A stretch of 64,000 nt of DNA from NCBI GenBank assembly GCA_964584665.1, contig CAZPAO010000013.1:488-64487 (forward strand), read 5' to 3'. The DNA is from an uncultured Gammaproteobacteria bacterium (GTDB lineage: Bacteria > Pseudomonadota > Gammaproteobacteria > Natronospirales > REEB76). The notes under the pieces were generated by a model, which saw only the letters and a list, made by a program, of their open reading frames with translations, was not told where the DNA came from and made no database searches. Every line of letters starts with the position of its first letter. Within the stretch, counting starts at the first letter, position 1. Below are positions 58,149 through 64,000 of the stretch, in pieces. The translations under genes were made by a program, and so were the position numbers.

Positions 58149-60106
58149 GCGCGCTCCACTGCCGCGGGCACAGCTTCAGTCACAGCGGAACGGCGGTAAC
58201 GCCTGTCACTGGCCGCAAGCAGTCCGCCCAGCATCATGAGCAGACCACCGAGCCAGATGAAGCGCACCATCGGCTTGTACTGCACCCGCACGCTCCAGGC
58301 CCCCTGGTCCAGTGGGTTGCCGAGCGCGAGGTATAGATCACGGAACAGCCCCGGGTCGATGGCGGCTTCGGTGGTCTCGTTGCCGATGCTGGGGAATTCG
58401 CGCTTCTCAGGACGCATCACCGCGATCGGTCGGCCGCCCCAGCTGACTTCGAATACACCCTGGCGGGCTTCGTAATTCGGGCCCTGCTCCGCATGCACGC
58501 CCTGGAAAGTGAAGTCGTAGCCGGCGACGCTCACGCTCTGGCCGGCTTTCATCACCACGTCCTGCTCGACGCCAAGCGTGCTGGTGACGCAGATGCCCAG
58601 CACCAGCGTGGCGGCACCGAGATGGGCCACACTCATGCCGAGAGTCGCACGCGAGAGGCTCGCATGCCGCCCCTGCAGCCGCTGACGCAGGCGGGTGATG
58701 GGTTCGATGAAGGCGGAACCGGCGATCCAGGCGGCCAGCAAGGCACCTGCGGCCACAATGACCGCGCCCTCCCCATGGGCGAACACCAATGACACCACGG
58801 CCGCCGCGAGCGCCGCGATGCCGGCGATGCGCAGGGTGCGCGCGGTGTCACGGGCATCCCCCTGCTTCCAGCGCACGTAGGGGCCGATGCCGACGAGGAT
58901 CAGGAACGGCAGCATCACCGGGATGAAGACCGCATTGAAGTACGGCGGCCCCACCGAAAGCTGCCCCAGGCCGAAGGCATCCATCAGCAGCGGATAGAGT
59001 GTACCGAGCAGCACCGAGGCCGCCGCCACCACCAGGAAGATGTTATTGAGCAGGAGCAGCGTCTCGCGGGAGAACGGCTGGAAGCCGCCGCCCCGAGCCA
59101 GCGTCGGCGCGCGCCAGGCATAGAGAGTGAGCGCCGCACCCACGAACACGCCGATCATGGCCAGGATGAAGATGCCGCGCTTGGGATCGCTGGCGAAGGA
59201 ATGCACGGAGATGAGCACGCCGGAACGGACCAGGAATGTGCCGAGCAGGCTCAAGGAGAACGCCGCGATGGCAAGCAGAGCGGTCCAGTTCTTGAAGGCG
59301 CCGCGCTTCTCCGTCACCGCCAGGGAATGCACCAGTGCCGTGCCCACGAGCCAAGGCATGAAGGAGGCGTTCTCCACCGGGTCCCAGAACCACCAGCCGC
59401 CCCAACCCAATTCATAGTAGGACCACCAGCTGCCGAGGGTGATGCCGAACGTGAGGAACAACCACGCGGTGAGGGTCCAGGGGCGCGACCAGCGCGCCCA
59501 CACCGCGTCCATGCGTCCGCCCAGCAAGGCTGCCACGGCGAAGGCGAAGGCCACCGAGAACCCCACGTAGCCCGTGTAGAGCATGGGCGGGTGGATGGCC
59601 ATGGCCGGATCCTGCAGGATGGGATTGAGATCCCTGCCCTGCTCCGCCGCCGGCAAGAGGCGCGTGAACGGATCCGATGTGGTGAGCATGAACAGGCAGA
59701 AGCCGAAAGTGATGAGACCCATCACACCCAGCACGCGGCCGGCGAATTCCTGGGGCAGGTGCCGGCTGAAATACGTGACCGCCAGGGTCCAGAGCGCCAG
59801 CACCGAGACCCACAGCAGCAGCGAGCCCTCATGGGCGCCCCATACCGCCGTGATCTTGTAGGGCCAGGGCAGCGAGACGTTGGAATTCTCGGCCACATAC
59901 CGCACTGAGAAATCACTGACTAAGAAGCTATAGACGAGAGCGGCGAACGCACCCAACACGAACAAGGTCTGGAGGGTCGCCGCCGGGCGCACCGCCGAGA
60001 GCCATACCCCGTCATGGCGCTGGGCGCCAGCGATGCCGAACCATGCCTGGGCGGCGGCGAGGCAGAGCGCGAGGATGAGAGCGAGATGGCCGAGTTCGGG
60101 GATCAT
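58145..60106 (-). CDS. ccmF: Heme lyase CcmF
   Basis: MIPELGH, WGAHEGS, IHPPMLY, WSYYELGWGGWWFWDPVENASFMPW, SVHSF. Confidence 0.96.
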   Translation of the reverse strand: MIPELGHLALILALCLAAAQAWFGIAGAQRHDGVWLSAVRPAATLQTLFVLGAFAALVYSFLVSDFSVRYVAENSNVSLPWPYKITAVWGAHEGSLLLWVSVLALWTLAVTYFSRHLPQEFAGRVLGVMGLITFGFCLFMLTTSDPFTRLLPAAEQGRDLNPILQDPAMAIHPPMLYTGYVGFSVAFAFAVAALLGGRMDAVWARWSRPWTLTAWLFLTFGITLGSWWSYYELGWGGWWFWDPVENASFMPWLVGTALVHSLAVTEKRGAFKNWTALLAIAAFSLSLLGTFLVRSGVLISVHSFASDPKRGIFILAMIGVFVGAALTLYAWRAPTLARGGGFQPFSRETLLLLNNIFLVVAAASVLLGTLYPLLMDAFGLGQLSVGPPYFNAVFIPVMLPFLILVGIGPYVRWKQGDARDTARTLRIAGIAALAAAVVSLVFAHGEGAVIVAAGALLAAWIAGSAFIEPITRLRQRLQGRHASLSRATLGMSVAHLGAATLVLGICVTSTLGVEQDVVMKAGQSVSVAGYDFTFQGVHAEQGPNYEARQGVFEVSWGGRPIAVMRPEKREFPSIGNETTEAAIDPGLFRDLYLALGNPLDQGAWSVRVQYKPMVRFIWLGGLLMMLGGLLAASDRRYRRSAVTEAVPAAVERA

Positions 60107-60330
60107 GGTAGTGGCGTCAAGGTGAGGGTGGTGTGCGCTTCGGCAGCCGCGACGGCACTCGCAGCAACGGCTCCTATGAGCATTTTACTCTAGCTTTAGG
60201 CAGTCCGCGCTTAATTGGTTCCCTCACGCCAGCTCGGGGCAAGAGTGATTCATTTACGACAGCGAGCTTGGTTCTTCTCAGCAGCTGCGCGCATTGTGAC
60301 GGAGCCCAGGCATTTGCCCCTTAACGGGCG

Positions 60331-61083
60331 TCACGGGCCACTGTGCACATCCGCCGGTTCGGCCAGATCCTCCCGGTTGCGGTAGTTTGCCGCTTCCTTC
60401 TCGGAACTCGTGGTCAGGACAATTTCACCCGTAGCCTGGGAGTCCCGCTGCGAGTAGATGTAGCTGATATCCCAGTGGAGCCGACGCTCCTTGTCGCCGT
60501 TGCCGATTCCGTAGACCCACACGGTCACTATGCCGTTCGGGGTGGCCTTGAGTTCGTCCAGCGTCGGGCCGTCCAAGGTCACGTCGGAGTTGTGCCCGGG
60601 CAGGATATCCGGGATGGACAAAGGCGTCGAGCTGACCGTGTGGCCATTCACCTCGAAAGCGTAAGCCGCGTTTGACGTGCGCATGACATCGTCGGAACCA
60701 TTGCGCAGACTGACATGGATTCGTGCCGTCGCCGGCTCCAGACGGTAGAAGGGGCTCCGGCGGACCTTGTATCTCTTGGGTGGGGATATCAGCAGGTAAG
60801 TGCCGTCCGACTCGGACTGGACGTCGTAGCGATAATAGAGTACTGGACGCAAATCAGACAGCGATACCGTTGCGGTGAGGTCCGCCATCTGCTGCGTCGG
60901 GGACCCTACGGTGAAATCCACTTCGTCGGCGATGACTTCTACGGGATATACCGACGGCTCTTGCATGCCAGTATCAGCGCCGATGGGCGGTGGCTCATGA
61001 TCGGTGGCGCATGCGGTTAGCATTAGACAGAATGTGCCCAAGCTGAAAGCAAGCCTACACCAATGGGTGATGCTCCGTTTCAT
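60331..61083 (-). CDS. Hypothetical lipoprotein
   Basis: MKRSITHW...LMLTAC lipobox; beta-rich; no recognised motif. Confidence 0.65.
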   Translation of the reverse strand: MKRSITHWCRLAFSLGTFCLMLTACATDHEPPPIGADTGMQEPSVYPVEVIADEVDFTVGSPTQQMADLTATVSLSDLRPVLYYRYDVQSESDGTYLLISPPKRYKVRRSPFYRLEPATARIHVSLRNGSDDVMRTSNAAYAFEVNGHTVSSTPLSIPDILPGHNSDVTLDGPTLDELKATPNGIVTVWVYGIGNGDKERRLHWDISYIYSQRDSQATGEIVLTTSSEKEAANYRNREDLAEPADVHSGP

Positions 61084-61163
61084 TTTTGGTCCCGCGCACG
61101 ATTGATAAGAAGAAACCAACCTCATTCTTCCTCACGAGCCATATGCAGAGCCGCACTCCATCG

Positions 61164-61535
61164 CTACCCTTTCTGCAGTTCCCCCTTGAGGTATTGCACG
61201 AGATCCTTTAGCTGCTGGTCGGTCAGGTTGGGATGCGCGGGCATCGGTTGCGAGAGATCCTTGAAATGCTTGTCCGAACCACTGCGCCCGAACTTGATGG
61301 TGTGGACGATGTCCTGTTCACTGGCGCTCGATACAAACTGGCTGCCTTTCAACGGCGGCGCCAAACCTGGGATGCCTTCTCCCTTTGTACCATGACAGCC
61401 GGTGCAGTCCTGGCTGTGGAATACCTTTGAACCGGCCGAATCATCAGCCGCATACACACTGTTGCTAAACAGCGCGCCTGAACCTAGCACCGCGATAGCA
61501 CAAAATACGGATTTGACCAGCTTGGAATTGTTCAT
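61164..61535 (-). CDS. Periplasmic monoheme class I cytochrome c
   Basis: Signal peptide ending VYA, CTGCH, distal QPMP, GGAG RBS. Confidence 0.92.
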   Translation of the reverse strand: MNNSKLVKSVFCAIAVLGSGALFSNSVYAADDSAGSKVFHSQDCTGCHGTKGEGIPGLAPPLKGSQFVSSASEQDIVHTIKFGRSGSDKHFKDLSQPMPAHPNLTDQQLKDLVQYLKGELQKG

Positions 61536-61611
61536 GGGTTTCTCTCCAAATCACTCCAGAAGAACCAGGAGCTTTGTGTTTGTCTCGGCCCTGATGCCGA
61601 TTCAGCATAAC

Positions 61612-61644
61612 AAAAAAAGAGGGCCGGAAAATTCTCCGGCCCTC
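61612..61644 (-). terminator. Intrinsic terminator downstream of the Cyc2-like gene
   Basis: GAGGGCCGGA/TCCGGCCCTC 10-bp stem followed by a 7-U tract on the minus strand. Confidence 0.85.
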
Positions 61645-61665
61645 CGTAGTTTCAGCAATTTTACC

Positions 61666-63102
61666 TTACATCGGGAAATCGAGACCTATCTGTACGGTGA
61701 CCCCGCTCGTCGAGGAGGGTCCGGTCAATGACAACGAATGTCCTTGCGATATCTGAGCGAAGACTGCGAAGTTCATAGCCGGATTATAGACCAGCGTCAG
61801 ACTCAGGGTATCCGGGTTGTCTATGTCATACGACACGCCGGTATGGTCAGTGAAATTATATTTCAGGTAGTGCGTGTAACCCGGCTGTATGCAATACGTA
61901 TGCATATAGCAGTACAGGAACCCGGCTCCAAAGATGTCCTCTTTGAAGGACGCGCCATCATAGTATTCGTCCTTGCCATAGGCAAATCCAGCTGCGAATG
62001 CCCAGCTGTCTCCTCCGCTTGCTCCAACGTCAGACCTCTGCCAGCGGAACACAGGAGCGATAGCGGTGTTGTTCTTCAGATCGGTGTTCATATAGGCACC
62101 CAAACCGGCGCCTCGCGTGGCCGTGATGCCGGGGATCGCATCACCGTACGTGTAATAAAGCGGGTTCTGGGTGGGACCTGACTGGAGGCTGTCCCGGGTG
62201 ACATACGGGATTTCGTCATCCCCGTATTGCGCCATGACTTTCACACCTATCGTGTTGTCGCTCGTGTTATCGAAGTAATAGGCCAGCGAACCCTCTTCCA
62301 TTTTCCGATCCCAGCCGTTGTTGTTGTCGCCGGTGCGCAGACCTAACTGCCAGTCCCAGCGGTCGTGCATCCAGCCGGTTATCCGGTAGCCGCCGGTGGT
62401 TGGATGCGCATTTCCACCGAGCGTGCCAAACGGACCGAGTGAGTTGGGCGCACCGATCGAGTTGGGGCCCCATCCATCCGATTCCTGGATACTCTGATTG
62501 GTGAAGCGGACGGAATAGACATCGCCGTTTGCCTGGACCGCATCTGGATTGATCGTATAGACCAAGTCGTATTCATCCCACGTGGGAAGTCCCGGCGCCC
62601 AAGCACTGCCACCGACACAGGATCCGCCAACACAATTGTTGGCACCGTAGTCGCCGACGATATAGAACTCATTCCAGAAGCCGATGTGATCCGTCAACGG
62701 CCCGACCACAAACCACGACATGCGCGTGGTCGGATTGCTGGCCAATTCAGTGCCGTTGGCCCCGAAGGTCTTATTGGCCAGAATGCTCTCAAACCGATAC
62801 GAGAGGTAATCGTCCCACGGCAGGCTGAGTACCTCGCCATCCTTGGCGCCCTGGCTTGGCTGGCCGGCGACCAGCTTGGTCTGGCGCTCAGGGATACGAT
62901 AACCCAACGAGCGGAACTTCATGCCCTGGATGGTGAAGTTCGGTGTCGGGTCATGGGTGAAATGGCATTGGTTGCAACTCATGCCGGTCTGCCTGGCGAA
63001 ACTCGGCATGGCGTTCGCCGTACCTGCAGTTAAGATACCCAGTGCCAGCGCACCTATCGCCTTGAGGCCCAGTCGGGCCATCCAACGTTTAATGCTATTC
63101 AT
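61666..63102 (-). CDS. Cyc2-like fused monoheme cytochrome c / outer-membrane beta-barrel
   Basis: Signal peptide ending ANA, then MPSFARQTGMSCNQCH...P.F...G..F...GY (Cyc2 N-terminal signature); about 430 aa of Gly/Tyr/Trp/Asn-rich amphipathic strands ending VQIGLDFPM; 478 aa. Confidence 0.82.
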   Translation of the reverse strand: MNSIKRWMARLGLKAIGALALGILTAGTANAMPSFARQTGMSCNQCHFTHDPTPNFTIQGMKFRSLGYRIPERQTKLVAGQPSQGAKDGEVLSLPWDDYLSYRFESILANKTFGANGTELASNPTTRMSWFVVGPLTDHIGFWNEFYIVGDYGANNCVGGSCVGGSAWAPGLPTWDEYDLVYTINPDAVQANGDVYSVRFTNQSIQESDGWGPNSIGAPNSLGPFGTLGGNAHPTTGGYRITGWMHDRWDWQLGLRTGDNNNGWDRKMEEGSLAYYFDNTSDNTIGVKVMAQYGDDEIPYVTRDSLQSGPTQNPLYYTYGDAIPGITATRGAGLGAYMNTDLKNNTAIAPVFRWQRSDVGASGGDSWAFAAGFAYGKDEYYDGASFKEDIFGAGFLYCYMHTYCIQPGYTHYLKYNFTDHTGVSYDIDNPDTLSLTLVYNPAMNFAVFAQISQGHSLSLTGPSSTSGVTVQIGLDFPM

Positions 63103-63177
63103 GGTTTTGTACCCTTATGCAAGTTTCTTAATGATGACCGGATGAATCGATGCCTGATGGCACGTGCCAACATCAGG

Positions 63178-63576
63178 TTACTGCCCTGCCGGAACATCTT
63201 TCGGGTCAGTTGCAGTCTGCAGCCCATTCTTCAGGTAGTCGACGATCGCAGCGACTTCACCATCGGACAGGAAATTGAATACGGGCATACCCGAGTAAGC
63301 GCGATAGTGTTTGAAGGGACCCTGCCTGCCTTCCTCGATCGTCTTGGCGATGAGGTCGGCTCCACCGCTCACGACGAAAGGGTCTCCTTTCAGCGGAGGA
63401 CCGAAAATGCCGATGCCTTGGCCCCAGTTCCCATGGCATGAAGAACAGTGCTCGTGGTATGCCTTGTCACCGTTCCAGAACTTGTTCGCATCGGTATCTG
63501 CATATGCCTGACCAGCCATCAAGGCGCCGCCCAGGATCAGAGCAGTAGCCGATATCAGTTTCGCAGTCGTCTTCAT
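63178..63576 (-). CDS. Periplasmic monoheme class I cytochrome c
   Basis: Start at ATG 63576 after GGAGG; signal peptide ending AYA, CSSCH, distal SGMP. Confidence 0.92.
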   Translation of the reverse strand: MKTTAKLISATALILGGALMAGQAYADTDANKFWNGDKAYHEHCSSCHGNWGQGIGIFGPPLKGDPFVVSGGADLIAKTIEEGRQGPFKHYRAYSGMPVFNFLSDGEVAAIVDYLKNGLQTATDPKDVPAGQ

Positions 63577-64000
63577 GTTGCTTGCCTCCGCAATACCCTT
63601 TGAAGTGGATAAAAAACCAAGGCACCCATAAAGCGAGCTGCCCGTTATCTTCAGCGGCTCACCACCGGCCTGACCGGCACACAGGATGTCGGTTCTCAGG
63701 CCGTCCCAAATCCAGCTAGAAACAAACGCCATGTCCTCATAGCGTGGTTTCTTGGCAACGGAAGTGTGGCCTTTGGCCCGGCTATTTACTTTTGGAATCT
63801 TGGCGGCTTTATTGCTGATTATTGCGACCCATGCTGATGGGTCAGGGCCAGCAAGGCTTACGGGAGAGCTATAAGTAAAATGTCGAAGGATGAACGTTTA
63901 CTGCATATCCAGCTTACATACTCATGTTGCCTTTTCGCATCACGGGCGGAATAGCTGTGGCGATGATGTATTTGTGGCTGGGAGTGTGTTATCTATTTCC

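Noticed and set aside
1-64000. CRISPR array, IS/transposase, integrase, matS sites, GlyGly-CTERM substrate
   Set aside because: No regularly spaced repeats, DDE or tyrosine-recombinase motifs, GTGACRNYGTCAC matches or GG-TM-basic C-termini were seen by eye
63577-64000. Fur box upstream of the cytochrome/Cyc2 module
   Set aside because: Best AT-rich candidate near 63820 matches GATAATGATAATCATTATC too weakly

Overview
64-kb window from a high-GC (roughly 65-70% in sampled lines) gammaproteobacterial-type chromosome. Left and middle parts are mostly core or semi-core genes: otsA/MscS, two large c-di-GMP sensor enzymes, a gspGHIJKLMN type II secretion block, a rhombosortase, the fabD-fabG-acpP-fabF-pabB-pabC-mltG-tmk-holB-pilZ operon, beta-oxidation genes, peptidases, tandem HD-GYP genes, a MarR-linked RND pump and a general-stress cluster. 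A XerCD dif site (24/28 match to E. coli dif) lies at 52186-52213, and KOPS octamers switch polarity across it, so the window spans the replication terminus. Right of dif the DNA is patchily low-GC. It ends in the most interesting element: a minus-strand module of monoheme cytochrome c, a Cyc2-like cytochrome-porin fusion, a second paralogous monoheme cytochrome c and an orphan lipoprotein, directly upstream of ccmF-ccmG-ccmH-ccmI with no ccmA-E in the window. This is a candidate outer-membrane electron-transfer (possibly Fe(II)-oxidation) system that may have its own heme-ligation genes. No rRNA, tRNA, CRISPR array or IS element was recognised. All calls come from motifs read by eye, not database searches.
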